DNA of 64,000 nt, from the NCBI RefSeq assembly GCF_055900595.2, contig NZ_CM148325.1; one strand, written 5' to 3'. Position numbers and translations under genes: made by a program. Positions 1 through 13,062 of the stretch are shown here, piece by piece. The first letter of the stretch is position 1. Every line of letters begins with the position of its first letter. A model generated the notes under the pieces. That model was not told where the DNA came from. It saw only the letters and a program-made list of their open reading frames with translations, and searched no databases.

Positions 1-519
1 TAATTCCCACAATAATTCGAAATCAGCCGTCGAGAGCGAGATTTCAGCATTAGCCAGAGTGACTACGCGGTTGATGGGATCGATAGTCAACGTGCCGAAA
101 TGCAGGGCTTTGTAGGGAGTCAGCGTCGTTTCCTGAAGACCTTTGCTCAGTGTGGCTTGCTCATTCTGACGTAAATGCAAACGTAAACGCGCTAACAAAA
201 CAGCAGGGGGCGTCGTTTTGAGAATATAGTCGCAGGCACCCATTTCTAGTGCCAGGATGTGGTTCATATCGCTATCGAGAGAGGTTAGAAGAACAATCGG
301 TCCGGACCACTTTGCGCGTAAATCACGACAAATGGTCATGCCGTCCTTGCCTGGTAGCATGATATCGAGTAACACCAAATCCGGATTTTCTCGCAGAATA
401 GTTTCTTCGGCCTGGTCGCCGCGCGGCTCTACGGTAACCTGCATATCATGTTTTGCCAGGTACGCGGCAATCAGTGAACCGACTTCCGCATCATCTTCCA
501 CAAATACGATAGTGTTCAT
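1..519 (-). CDS. rstA: Response regulator RstA (partial; C-terminal end lies beyond window start)
   Basis: Minus-strand ORF with ATG at 517-519; translation MNTIVFVEDDAEVGSLIAAYLAKHDMQVTV... is a CheY-like receiver domain matching E. coli RstA; followed by ydgC-folM as in E. coli. Confidence 0.9.
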   Translation of the reverse strand, partial: MNTIVFVEDDAEVGSLIAAYLAKHDMQVTVEPRGDQAEETILRENPDLVLLDIMLPGKDGMTICRDLRAKWSGPIVLLTSLDSDMNHILALEMGACDYILKTTPPAVLLARLRLHLRQNEQATLSKGLQETTLTPYKALHFGTLTIDPINRVVTLANAEISLSTADFELLWEL

Positions 520-647
520 ATTATTCACGGTAGATATAAAAACGTCACAATACACCGCGCTGTTTTTACTTACTATCAATCGTTTCTAAACAAGGTTTCA
601 TCAGGTATTCTACTGGTGACTTGTTATGGAAGTGTTAAGGTAAAAAG

Positions 648-983
648 ATGGGGCTGGTAATCAAAGCCGCGCTCGGTGCGCTGGTAGTGCTGTTGATTGG
701 TGTATTAGCAAAAACGAAAAATTATTATATCGCCGGACTGATTCCGCTTTTTCCGACTTTTGCGCTCATCGCGCATTATATTGTTGCCAGCGAACGCGGC
801 ATTGAAGCCTTACGTGCAACAATCATTTTTAGTATGTGGTCGATAATTCCCTATTTTGTTTACCTGGTGTCGCTGTGGTATTTCACCGGAATTATGCGCT
901 TGTCCGCCGCTTTTATCGGTTCTGTAGTGTGCTGGGGACTAAGCGCATGGGTGTTGATTATATGCTGGATTAAGCTGCATTAA
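648..983 (+). CDS. ydgC: GlpM-family inner membrane protein YdgC
   Basis: 111-aa hydrophobic ORF MGLVIKAALGALVVLLIGVLAKTKNYYIAGLIPLFPTF...; position between rstA and folM. Confidence 0.85.
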   Translation: MGLVIKAALGALVVLLIGVLAKTKNYYIAGLIPLFPTFALIAHYIVASERGIEALRATIIFSMWSIIPYFVYLVSLWYFTGIMRLSAAFIGSVVCWGLSAWVLIICWIKLH

Positions 984-1702
984 CGCAGATGACGACCGCC
1001 ATCAAGTGGGAAACTGCGTCCGGTGACAAAGCAACTGGTAAGTAAGTAATCGACCAGGTCGATCACTTCTTTCTCGCCAGGCGCGGTTTTCATCAGTGAT
1101 TTATTCAGCGCCTGTTGTCGATATTCGGCATCATCATGCTCATTAAACAGGATCAGCGATGGCGCAATAGAATTCACTTTCACTTCCGGTGCCAGCTTGC
1201 GGGCAAACGAGCGGGTCATATTATCCAGTGCCGCTTTGCTTGCAGCATAGGCAATATGTTTGTCGCTACCGCGCTCCACCACATAATCGGTAAAGTGAAT
1301 GATATCGCTGGCGGCGTGTCCGTGCCCACGCAGTAATCTTTCCAGCGCGTGGTTAAGTAGGTATGGGGCATTAACGTGGATCTGCATCATGCAGGCCAGT
1401 ACGTCGGTGAGTGGCATACCTGGTTTTTCTGCCATCCACGCACTGGCATTGTGCAACACCGCACGCAGGCCGTGGGTGCTTTTTAGCACTTCATCGGCAA
1501 ACGCCATCACACCGTCGTTGGTCGAAAAATCAGCCTGAATACACAGCGCACCCGCATTCATCAGCCCATCAATGGCAGGATAGTGTGTCCGATAGCTGAC
1601 TATCACCGGTTGCTTTTGATTAATGAAATGCCATGCGAGGGCGAGGCCGATGCGACGGCCGCCTCCAGTAATTAATATTGGCAAGGGCTGGGTTTTACCC
1701 AT
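980..1702 (-). CDS. folM: Dihydromonapterin/dihydrofolate reductase FolM (short-chain dehydrogenase)
   Basis: 240-aa ORF MGKTQPLPILITGGGRRIGLALAWHF... with Rossmann TGGGRRIG motif; 4-bp overlap with ydgC end. Confidence 0.9.
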   Translation of the reverse strand: MGKTQPLPILITGGGRRIGLALAWHFINQKQPVIVSYRTHYPAIDGLMNAGALCIQADFSTNDGVMAFADEVLKSTHGLRAVLHNASAWMAEKPGMPLTDVLACMMQIHVNAPYLLNHALERLLRGHGHAASDIIHFTDYVVERGSDKHIAYAASKAALDNMTRSFARKLAPEVKVNSIAPSLILFNEHDDAEYRQQALNKSLMKTAPGEKEVIDLVDYLLTSCFVTGRSFPLDGGRHLR

Positions 1703-1738
1703 CGTTATCTCCTTTGCTATCCAACGATGGGATGAACG

Positions 1739-3121
1739 TTATCCCACCAGCATCCAGGTCGCCGGAACTGAGGCAATTAACAGCATGCCAATCAGCACCA
1801 TTTCCTGACGATTCAGTACATTATCATGTGTATGCGTTTTACGCGCGTACAGGAAGACCAGTAGCCCTGGCGCATACAGAACGACGGACAACAGCAGATG
1901 CATTGGACCAGAGGCGTACAATAACCATAAGCCATAAATGCAGGCACCGACACCTACCGCTTTATGCAGTGGACGGGTTGCAATTTTCAGCAAGAACGCG
2001 CCGACCAGGAAATAAGGTACCAGAATCATTTCTGAGGCGATGGTCAGCAACGTGTTGTAATCGGAACCGGTCAGCCAGATCAGTACCAGACAAATTTGCA
2101 CGCAGATATTGGTCAGCCACAGTGAGGCGGATGGCGCGGCTTGTGCGTTCTGGCGCGCAAAAATGCGCGGGAATGCTTTATGGGTGGCTGCCAGGAACGG
2201 AACTTCTGCCGCCATGATGGTCCAGCTTAAGTACGCACCGCAAACGGAAACGATCAAACCGGCAGCGATGATGATTTCGCCCCACGGTCCCATCATTTCC
2301 ACCATCAGACCGGCCATTGACGGGTTACGAATTTCAGCCAGTTCAGGACGTGCTACCACGCCCAGCGAAAGCAGCGTTACCAGCAAGTAAACGCCCAGAG
2401 CGGAGAGAACCGCCAGCAGTGTTGCTTTACCTACATCACGTTTATTACGCGCACGCGCCGAAACGACCACAGCACCTTCCACACCAATGAAAACCCACAG
2501 GGTGATCAGCATGGTGTTTTTCACCTGTTCCCATACCGGTACGCCAAGTGCAAGGCCAGTAAAGTCGAGCTTGAAGGTGTCCAGTTTGAACATCATCATC
2601 GCCAGCACAATAAACAGGCCCAGCGGCAACAATTTTGCCAGTGTCGCCACCAGGTTAATGCTGGCAGCGGTTTGTACCCCGCGCAGGATCAAAAAGTGAA
2701 CAATCCACAATAAAGCCGAGGCACCGACGATCGATTGCCAGGTATTGCCATCGCCAAACAGACGCAATTCCGGCGTGTCCGTAAAAAAGCTTAACGCGGA
2801 AAAAACGATCACCAGATAGGAGACGTTGGCGATAACCGCGCACAGCCAGTACCCCCATGCGGAACAAAAGCCGATTAACTCACCAAACCCTTCGCGGGCA
2901 TAGGTAAAGATGCCGCCGTCAAGCTCGGGGCGAATGCGTGTGAGGATCAGCATGGCAAAGGCCAGCAATAAAATGCCAGCACCAGTAATGCTCCAGCCGA
3001 TGAGCAGTGCTGCCGGGCTGGCAACTGCCGCCATATTTTGCGGCAGACTGAAAACACCCGCGCCCAGCATTGAGCTTAATACCAGCGCGGTGAGTGCGCT
3101 CAGTCCCAGTTTCTTTTCCAT
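1739..3121 (-). CDS. ydgI: APC-family amino acid transporter (arginine:ornithine antiporter-like) YdgI
   Basis: 460-aa polytopic membrane ORF MEKKLGLSALTALVLSSMLGAGVFSLPQNMA... with the GAGVFSLP transporter signature. Confidence 0.9.
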   Translation of the reverse strand: MEKKLGLSALTALVLSSMLGAGVFSLPQNMAAVASPAALLIGWSITGAGILLLAFAMLILTRIRPELDGGIFTYAREGFGELIGFCSAWGYWLCAVIANVSYLVIVFSALSFFTDTPELRLFGDGNTWQSIVGASALLWIVHFLILRGVQTAASINLVATLAKLLPLGLFIVLAMMMFKLDTFKLDFTGLALGVPVWEQVKNTMLITLWVFIGVEGAVVVSARARNKRDVGKATLLAVLSALGVYLLVTLLSLGVVARPELAEIRNPSMAGLMVEMMGPWGEIIIAAGLIVSVCGAYLSWTIMAAEVPFLAATHKAFPRIFARQNAQAAPSASLWLTNICVQICLVLIWLTGSDYNTLLTIASEMILVPYFLVGAFLLKIATRPLHKAVGVGACIYGLWLLYASGPMHLLLSVVLYAPGLLVFLYARKTHTHDNVLNRQEMVLIGMLLIASVPATWMLVG

Positions 3122-3306
3122 CGATATCCAGTGGTTAAAACGTGATTAGAAGAATAAATATTAGGGCAAAACGCATAAAAATGGAGTTTGCCACTGAAGC
3201 GCGGGATTTTACGAAGAGATGTGTCTGCATGCAATGGTCGTGGGGAAATTTGTGACTAAAAATGCGAAAGGCGGCATTAAGCCGCCTTATAGTGGTAACT
3301 GAATAG

Positions 3307-3385
3307 TTATTTATACAGATCTGCGCTAACGGTGAGGTTATTACCTCGTTCCTGCCACTGGCGGGTGATGTGGTAATACTTAGCG
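3307..3385 (-). pseudogene. ydgH: Displaced 3' end of ydgH (last ~22 codons plus native TAA stop), separated from the gene body by IS10
   Basis: Reverse complement of 3307-3385 reads in the ydgH frame ...K G A K Y Y H I T R Q W Q E R G N N L T V S A D L Y K stop; the 9-bp duplicated target at 3377-3385 repeats the codons that end the truncated gene at 4715-4723. Confidence 0.75.
3377..3385. repeat. IS10 target-site duplication, left copy (TACTTAGCG)
   Basis: Identical 9-mer directly flanks both IS10 termini (3377-3385 and 4715-4723); near-match to the IS10 hotspot NGCTNAGCN. Confidence 0.9.
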
Positions 3386-4714
3386 CTGAGAGATCCCCTC
3401 ATAATTTCCCCAAAACGTAACCATGTGTGAATAGATTTTGAGTAAGCAGGGTTGCAGCCACGAGTGAGTCTTCCCTTGTTATTGTGTAGCCAGAATGCCG
3501 CAAAACTTCCATGCCTAAGCGAACTGTTGAGAGTACGTTTCGATTTCTGACTGTGTTAGCCTGGAAGTGCTTGTCCCAACCTTGTTTCTGAGCATGAACG
3601 CCCGCAAGCCAACATGTTAGTTGAAGCATCAGGGCGATTAGCAGCATGATATCAAAACGCTCTGAGCTGCTCGTTCGGCTATGGCGTAGGCCTAGTCCGT
3701 AGGCAGGACTTTTCAAGTCTCGGAAGGTTTCTTCAATCTGCATTCGCTTCGAATAGATATTAACAAGTTGTTTGGGTGTTCGAATTTCAACAGGTAAGTT
3801 AGTTGCTAGAATCCATGGCTCCTTTGCCGACGCTGAGTAGATTTTAGGTGACGGGTGGTGACAATGAGTCCGTGTCGAGCGCTGATTTTTTCGGCCTTTA
3901 GAGCGAGATTTATACAATAGAATTTGGCATGAGATTGGATTGCTTTTAGTCAGCCTCTTATAGCCTAAAGTCTTTGAGTGACTAGATGACATATCATGTA
4001 AGTTGCTGATAGGTTTCCAGTTTTCCGCTCCTAGGTCTGCATATTGTACTTTTCCTCTTACTCGACTTAACCAGTACCAACCCAGCTTCTCAACGGATTT
4101 ATACCATGGCACTTTAAAGCCAGCATCACTGACAATGAGCGGTGTGGTGTTACTCGGTAGAATGCTCGCAAGGTCGGCTAGAAATTGGTCATGAGCTTTC
4201 TTTGAACATTGCTCTGAAAGCGGGAACGCTTTCTCATAAAGAGTAACAGAACGACCGTGTAGTGCGACTGAAGCTCGCAATACCATAAGCCGTTTTTGCT
4301 CACGGATATCAGACCAGTCAACAAGTACAATGGGCATCGTATTGCCCGAACAGATAAAGCTAGCATGCCAACGGTATACAGCGAGTCGCTCTTTGTGGAG
4401 GTGACGATTACCTAACAATCGGTCGATTCGTTTGATGTTATGTTTTGTTCTCGCTTTGGTTGGCAGGTTACGGCCAAGTTCGGTAAGAGTGAGAGTTTTA
4501 CAGTCAAGTAAGGCGTGGCAAGCCAACGTTAAGCTGTTGAGTCGTTTTAAGTGTAATTCGGGGCAGAATTGGTAAAGAGAGTCGTGTAAAATATCGAGTT
4601 CGCACATTTTGTTGTCTGATTATTGATTTTTGGCGAAACCATTTGATCATATGACAAGATGTGTATCCACCTTAACTTAATGATTTTTACCAAAATCATT
4701 AGGGGATTCATCAG
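3386..4714 (-). mobile_element. Insertion sequence IS10 (IS4 family), complete 1,329-bp element
   Basis: Termini CTGAGAGATCCCCTCATAATTTCCCC (3386->) and CTGATGAATCCCCTAATGATTTTGG (reverse complement at 4714<-) form the IS10 inverted repeats; internal 402-aa transposase; length 1329 bp; flanked by 9-bp direct repeats. Confidence 0.95.
3399..4607 (-). CDS. IS10 transposase
   Basis: 402-aa ORF MCELDILHDSLYQFCPELHLKRLNSLTLACHALLDCKTLTLTELGRNLPTKARTKHNIKRIDRLLGNRHLHKERLAVYRWH... matches the IS10/Tn10 transposase as I recall it. Confidence 0.95.
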   Translation of the reverse strand: MCELDILHDSLYQFCPELHLKRLNSLTLACHALLDCKTLTLTELGRNLPTKARTKHNIKRIDRLLGNRHLHKERLAVYRWHASFICSGNTMPIVLVDWSDIREQKRLMVLRASVALHGRSVTLYEKAFPLSEQCSKKAHDQFLADLASILPSNTTPLIVSDAGFKVPWYKSVEKLGWYWLSRVRGKVQYADLGAENWKPISNLHDMSSSHSKTLGYKRLTKSNPISCQILLYKSRSKGRKNQRSTRTHCHHPSPKIYSASAKEPWILATNLPVEIRTPKQLVNIYSKRMQIEETFRDLKSPAYGLGLRHSRTSSSERFDIMLLIALMLQLTCWLAGVHAQKQGWDKHFQANTVRNRNVLSTVRLGMEVLRHSGYTITREDSLVAATLLTQNLFTHGYVLGKL

Positions 4715-5589
4715 TACTTAGCGCCTTTCTTCGCGGCACGTTTCGCAACCTGATAGGAGACTTCGGTCATGTTGCCATAGTTGCCAGAGAATTTGATGCT
4801 GTCGAATGGAACCATCATCGCTGCTGTTGCTTTGTTCAGTTCTTCGACTTTAGTACCATCAGGAAGCGTGACAGTGTAACGCCCGCCTTTTGATGACTGG
4901 GTTTCAAAGAAGCGACCAACTTCAGAACTTGGTGATGCGGTTGTCGCAACCCCTGGGATCTCTACTTTCTTCGCTGCTTCGCCACCCGCAGCCAGAGCTG
5001 CACGTCCCGCTTCGGAATCTGCCGGGATCACATCCGGGCTTTGTACGACGCGTTTCTTAGCATCTTTTTTATAGATGAACGCTGTAATGCGCTGGTTACC
5101 GCCCTGGTTAGCATCGATTTGACGAACAATGTAGAAAGCGTAAGCGCCTTTCGCTTTTGCCGCTTTGGTGATGGCGTCATTGACTTCAGGCTGGCTACGA
5201 TAGAAGCCCTGAACGGTAACCGTATCAAACGGTTCAATCAGAACGGCCTGATCTTTTGGCAGTTCGACAACACCGTTGATAACGCGATTACTTGTTTCTT
5301 CGGCTTTTTCAGCATCGGCTTTATAGAGGTCAGCGACCACACGCCAGTTACCGCTGTTACCAAAATCAGAAGTGTCGACAACATAAAAAGAGGCGGCACC
5401 TTCTTTATCAGCGCGACGAGAAACGGCTTTCACCGCTTCGCCAATAGCATTAAAACGACCGGTAACCACTACACGGTCAAAAGGTTTAACCGCTGCCGCT
5501 TGCTCCGGTGTCAGTTCTGTTGCTGCGTTAACGGAAAAGGCCGTAGCAGAAAGCAGTGCCGACGCCAGGAGGGTGTTCTTAAGCTTCAT
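4711..5589 (-). CDS. ydgH: Periplasmic DUF1471-repeat protein YdgH, C-terminally truncated by IS10 (stop codon supplied by the IS10 terminus)
   Basis: 292-aa ORF MKLKNTLLASALLSATAFSVNAATELTPEQ... with signal peptide; ends ...KKGAKY then TGA at 4711-4713, which lies inside the IS10 terminal repeat; native continuation is found at 3307-3385. Confidence 0.85.
   Translation of the reverse strand: MKLKNTLLASALLSATAFSVNAATELTPEQAAAVKPFDRVVVTGRFNAIGEAVKAVSRRADKEGAASFYVVDTSDFGNSGNWRVVADLYKADAEKAEETSNRVINGVVELPKDQAVLIEPFDTVTVQGFYRSQPEVNDAITKAAKAKGAYAFYIVRQIDANQGGNQRITAFIYKKDAKKRVVQSPDVIPADSEAGRAALAAGGEAAKKVEIPGVATTASPSSEVGRFFETQSSKGGRYTVTLPDGTKVEELNKATAAMMVPFDSIKFSGNYGNMTEVSYQVAKRAAKKGAKY
4715..4723. 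repeat. IS10 target-site duplication, right copy (TACTTAGCG)
   Basis: See left copy; identical 9-mer. Confidence 0.9.
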
Positions 5590-6049
5590 AAAAATAATCC
5601 TTCGCCTTGCGCAAACCAGGTACTGGTATTGTTATTAACGAGAAACGTGGCTGATTATTGCATTTAAACGGTGTAACTGTCTGCGTCATTTTTCATATCA
5701 CATTCCTTAAGCCAATTTTAATCGTGCTCAAATGACCGTCTATGCTTAAAAAACAGCCGTATCAGCATCAATACTACTGAAGCAACTGAATTGTATAAGT
5801 TAATTTAATGTTAAGTAGTGATTCGTGCCGGGGCGATGTCTCGTTTTACCCGACCGTCGAAGACAATTATCAGTCTTTATCCAGCGTTCTAAGGTGTTTA
5901 TCCCACTATCACGGCTGAATCGTTAATATTTTGCGAGTTCACGCCGAAATACTGATTTTTGGCGCTAGATCACAGGCATAATTTTCAGTACGTTATAGGG
6001 CGTTTGTTACTAATTTATTTTAACGGAGTAACATTTAGCTCGTACATGA

Positions 6050-7645
<1,596 letters not shown>

Positions 7646-7652
7646 GGGGTAA

Positions 7653-9044
<1,392 letters not shown>

Positions 9045-9047
9045 CCC

Positions 9048-9075
9048 TGACGGCCTCTGCGGAGGCCGTCACTCT
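9048..9075. terminator. Hairpin between convergent pntB and tqsA (bidirectional terminator candidate)
   Basis: GACGGCCTC-tgcg-GAGGCCGTC perfect 9-bp stem followed by T-rich tract. Confidence 0.5.
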
Positions 9076-10103
9076 TTATTGAGATCGCTTAACAGAACGG
9101 CGATGCTTTGACCTCCCGCTGTTTGTTCAAGCGCAATTTTGACAATAATTGTTAACGGCACGGAAAGCAGCATACCCACCGGTCCTAACAACCATCCCCA
9201 AAAAATCAACGACAAAAATACCACCAATGTGGAAAGCCCCAGCCCACGTCCCATGATGCGCGGCTCCAGAATATTGCCGAAGACCAGATTAATTAGCAGA
9301 TATCCCGCCAGCACCAGCAACGCTTCGTAGAAGCCATTAAACACCAGTACCTGAGCGATAGGGGGGATTGCCGCGAGAACTGAACCAATATTCGGGATGT
9401 AATTAAGCGCAAAGGCCAGCAATCCCCAGACAAAAGCGAAGCGAACATCGAGTGCGGCGAGCATCGCCCAGGCGACCAGGCCGGTGATGATGCTGATGGC
9501 TGTTTTCAGCACCAGATAATGAGACACACTGTCAATCGCGCGCTGAATCGCCGCCATCCCTTCAACCGGACGCGCCATCATTTGCTGAAATTTTCCGGGC
9601 AATTGTGGCACTTCGAGCAGCATAAACAGCACCGTCAGCAGCAATAAAAATATTGATGACATGGCATTAGATAACTGCGTCAATAAGTTGGTGAGCAACG
9701 TCATCGCCGCGTTCGGGTCAATGTAATGAGCCAGTTGGTCAACTGAGACATCAATCCCTACGCGTTGCAACAACGGTTCAATAGCTTGAAGTGGTGTCAT
9801 AATGGAGTTGCGATATTGCGGCAACGTCCTCGTTAATTCATTGAGCGCGGACCCCAGATAAGCTAGCAGCAACACCATTGCCATCACGATGATGGTCATC
9901 AAAATCGACACCGCCAGTACACGCGGCACTCGCCAGCGGACCATGTGTTGCACCAGCGGGTTAAGAATAACAGCAATAAATAATGCGAGAATAAACGGCA
10001 CGATGATCTCGGCGGCAAAACGGATACCGCAGAGAATAATGACCAGCATTCCCAACATAATGACGATTTTTAGGCCATTGAGCGTGATGATCGGCTTTGC
10101 CAT
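9069..10103 (-). CDS. tqsA: AI-2 exporter TqsA (AI-2E family transporter)
   Basis: 344-aa membrane [40 protein letters not shown]... Confidence 0.9.
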   Translation of the reverse strand: MAKPIITLNGLKIVIMLGMLVIILCGIRFAAEIIVPFILALFIAVILNPLVQHMVRWRVPRVLAVSILMTIIVMAMVLLLAYLGSALNELTRTLPQYRNSIMTPLQAIEPLLQRVGIDVSVDQLAHYIDPNAAMTLLTNLLTQLSNAMSSIFLLLLTVLFMLLEVPQLPGKFQQMMARPVEGMAAIQRAIDSVSHYLVLKTAISIITGLVAWAMLAALDVRFAFVWGLLAFALNYIPNIGSVLAAIPPIAQVLVFNGFYEALLVLAGYLLINLVFGNILEPRIMGRGLGLSTLVVFLSLIFWGWLLGPVGMLLSVPLTIIVKIALEQTAGGQSIAVLLSDLNKE

Positions 10104-10514
10104 GCTTGTCCCCGTTTTTTCTTCCTTTGCTAATAATAATGTCTTTTTCGCTCCGTCATCATAACGAAAATCAAACCGCTCAGGTAAAGAAGTGAAAATA
10201 TTTTGAGTTAATTCTTAAGCTATGATACAAATCAGGCGTGTTCAACTACCGAGGACAATTATCATCCGCGATGATGAGAAGCAACACTGCGGATAATTGT
10301 AATATTATGGACAATTTGTTCAGGACGTTATTTTCTACATTTACCCATCTTCGTACCTCATCCACTATCTTGCTCGTAGGTGAGCAGCACTGGCGCAACG
10401 CGCTTTAGTCCTTTCTTCTGCCTAACCTTGCGCTATGCGCGGGGCTTGATCACTTTGCTCTGGTTTCGCTGAATTGAGCGAAAGATAAAATAATTCTCTT
10501 GCAGGAGAAGGACG

Positions 10515-10880
10515 ATGTATATTTATTGGATTTTATTAGGTCTGGCTATTGCTACGGAAATTACCGGCACGCTGTCAATGAAATGGGCGAGCGTCAGTGA
10601 GGGTAATGGCGGTTTTATTTTAATGCTGGTGATGATTTCTCTGTCGTATATATTTCTCTCCTTCGCCGTTAAAAAAATCGCCTTAGGCGTAGCTTATGCG
10701 CTGTGGGAAGGTATCGGTATTTTATTGATTACCTTGTTTAGCGTTTTGTTATTCGATGAAAGTTTATCGCTGATGAAAATTGCCGGGTTAACGACCCTGG
10801 TGGCTGGGATTGTATTAATCAAATCAGGTACCCGTAAAGCGTGTAAACCTGAGCCGGAGGTGAACCATGGCGCAGTTTGA
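10515..10880 (+). CDS. mdtJ: Spermidine export protein MdtJ (SMR family)
   Basis: 121-aa [33 protein letters not shown]...; overlaps mdtI start. Confidence 0.9.
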   Translation: MYIYWILLGLAIATEITGTLSMKWASVSEGNGGFILMLVMISLSYIFLSFAVKKIALGVAYALWEGIGILLITLFSVLLFDESLSLMKIAGLTTLVAGIVLIKSGTRKACKPEPEVNHGAV

Positions 10881-11196
10881 ATGGGTACACGCCGTCTGGC
10901 TGGCATTGGCAATCGTGCTGGAAATCGTTGCTAATGTCTTTTTGAAATTTTCTGACGGCTTTCGTCGCAAAATCTATGGTTTGCTCTCCCTGGCGGCGGT
11001 GCTGGCTGCCTTTAGTGCGCTTTCTCAAGCCGTTAAAGGGATTGACTTGTCTGTAGCCTATGCATTGTGGGGCGGATTTGGTATTGCCGCCACGTTAGTC
11101 GCAGGTTGGGTTTTGTTTGGTCAACGTTTAAATCGCAAAGGCTGGATTGGCCTGGTCTTGCTGTTGGCTGGAATGATTATGGTGAAGTTTGCCTGA
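10867..11196 (+). CDS. mdtI: Spermidine export protein MdtI (SMR family)
   Basis: 109-aa [34 protein letters not shown]... Confidence 0.9.
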   Translation: MAQFEWVHAVWLALAIVLEIVANVFLKFSDGFRRKIYGLLSLAAVLAAFSALSQAVKGIDLSVAYALWGGFGIAATLVAGWVLFGQRLNRKGWIGLVLLLAGMIMVKFA

Positions 11197-11234
11197 TGAA
11201 CACGCTGCCCGTGCTGTCGGGCAGCGTTTGAATG

Positions 11235-12056
11235 CTATTTTTGCAAAAGTTGGTCTAGCTTGTCGCGAAAACCAGTGACAGAAATGGCCCGGTTATCGGC
11301 ACGCCAGCGATCTTTCGCGGCAGGAGCCGAACTTTGCACGCCAATTAACTGACAGCCGTTATCGGTATGCAACATCAGAGGCGAACCGCTATCACCCGGC
11401 AAAGTATCGCACTGATGCGACATCACCGACGTTTGCGCCCAGCCAGTTACTTCGCAATTTTGATGACTGTATAGCGTATCGAGGTGATCTTCAGGATATC
11501 CCGCTTGAGTCACTTTTCGACCTGCCGCTTTTAATGCGGCGGTAAGTGCGGCTTTATCTCCCGCAAATAACGGCAACGGTGTAATGCCAGAAGGGGGATT
11601 ACGTAGCACAATCAAACCGAAGTCCCACGGCGCAGCTGCGGGAGGAACAATCCAACCATCCCCATCTGCTTTTAACCGCTTTCCCAGTGTCGGGTCAACG
11701 CGGCCTTCTATGTCGTGGATCTCATAGCGCCAAAGACCTTTATTTGACACAAAACGCAGCGCCACCGCTTTATCGGCTTTACCCTTTGGCGGCATCAATA
11801 AACAGTGTCCTGCCGTTAATGCCAGATTGGGTGCAATCAGCGTCGCCGTACATAAATTGCCGCTGGCCGTTTCCAGTTGCCCAACCGCATCCCACGGTGA
11901 TTGGGTCGTGTCATTCACTGGCACACGATCATCATGACCAAAAAACAGGGTGCTGACCTCATCGTTTGCCGATTTGGCAACGTCTGGTTTATCTGCAAAC
12001 ACAAAAGCAGACGTCAAACTAATTGCACCCAACACTACAGCAATGGTTGTACGCAT
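11235..12056 (-). CDS. ydgD: Secreted trypsin-like serine protease YdgD
   Basis: 273-aa ORF with signal peptide [21 protein letters not shown], catalytic TAGHC and GDSGSP motifs. Confidence 0.85.
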   Translation of the reverse strand: MRTTIAVVLGAISLTSAFVFADKPDVAKSANDEVSTLFFGHDDRVPVNDTTQSPWDAVGQLETASGNLCTATLIAPNLALTAGHCLLMPPKGKADKAVALRFVSNKGLWRYEIHDIEGRVDPTLGKRLKADGDGWIVPPAAAPWDFGLIVLRNPPSGITPLPLFAGDKAALTAALKAAGRKVTQAGYPEDHLDTLYSHQNCEVTGWAQTSVMSHQCDTLPGDSGSPLMLHTDNGCQLIGVQSSAPAAKDRWRADNRAISVTGFRDKLDQLLQK

Positions 12057-12331
12057 ATCACACTCTGGTGGGTAATTATGATTATTAAAAGCAAACCCTC
12101 ATAAATACTATAGACGGGACGGGATGAAAGTGGGAGTAAAATCAGATAACTACGATCAGGAAAGATAAAAACGGGTGGCAATCAGTGCGCATAAAATAAG
12201 GATGATAAGAATGAACTCAAAGCGATAACGGCCCACCATACTACCCTCCGCTTAAGGCGGTGCTAAACGTTACCCGCTTAGCACCGTAATTTTCAGGCGC
12301 GAGGGGGCGCGCCAGCATTACTGTTGAAAAC

Positions 12332-12640
12332 TTACGCTGCGGGTTGTGCAGCAGGTTTTGCCGGTTGCTGATGGCTGTGTTTCTTGGCGTGTTTCTTCGC
12401 TGCCTGCGCTTTTTGTTCAGGGGCTTTCTGTTCAGCTTTCGCATTTTTATGATGCTTTTTAGCCGCCTGCGCTTTCTGGGCAGGTGCTGCTTTATGCTGT
12501 TTTTTATGATGTGTAGTTTTCGCCGGCGCTGCTTTGGTGGTCGTCGCAGTCGGAGCAGGTGTGGTCGCAGTCTCTGCAGCAAAGGCGGCAGAAGACAGAC
12601 CCATAGCAGCGGCAACAACCAGAGCTAATACTTTTTTCAT
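12332..12640 (-). CDS. asr: Acid shock protein Asr
   Basis: [26 protein letters not shown]... followed by Lys/Ala/His-rich repeats (QKAQAAKKH x2); start taken at the ATG (12638-12640) matching the Asr N-terminus, not the upstream in-frame ATG. Confidence 0.85.
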   Translation of the reverse strand: MKKVLALVVAAAMGLSSAAFAAETATTPAPTATTTKAAPAKTTHHKKQHKAAPAQKAQAAKKHHKNAKAEQKAPEQKAQAAKKHAKKHSHQQPAKPAAQPAA

Positions 12641-13062
12641 TGTCATACCCTCAATTTGTTTTTTCATTTAACCCCACTGCGGGGCCGTTGAAATAACTAT
12701 ATCCCTGGGAATGGCAGACTTCCGTGAGTGGTTGGTTTCAGCGTGTAACGATATGTACAATAGCAGAACAAATTACAGAATTGATAATAACGTATTGTGA
12801 CTTAAGGAAAATTCAGCTACCAATAATAGTAGTCTTGATCGGGTTAACTATTTTACTACGTACAAAGCAGTACAATACCTGCGCATCAGTAATAAATGAC
12901 ACACAGCAAAATGAATCCGTTTCTTTGGATATTTATAATCCTGATGACACTAGATGCGCTGCGGGAATTGGCTGGCGCTTCGTCTATTTTAGGATGGCTA
13001 TTAACGTTGGTTTGAGCAGGCAATAAGTCCGGATGGGTATTTACCGCAGTCCGGACTTATTT

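Noticed and set aside
1678-2217. 179-aa plus-strand ORF
   Set aside because: Antisense within ydgI (a 460-aa transporter with a coherent hydrophobicity pattern); no independent support.
5041-5667. 208-aa plus-strand ORF
   Set aside because: Lies entirely antisense within ydgH; low-complexity translation; no RBS; classic shadow ORF of a real gene.
12241-12628. ORFs overlapping asr on both strands with Arg/Lys-rich translations
   Set aside because: Artefacts of the repetitive Lys/Ala/His codon repeats of asr read in other frames.
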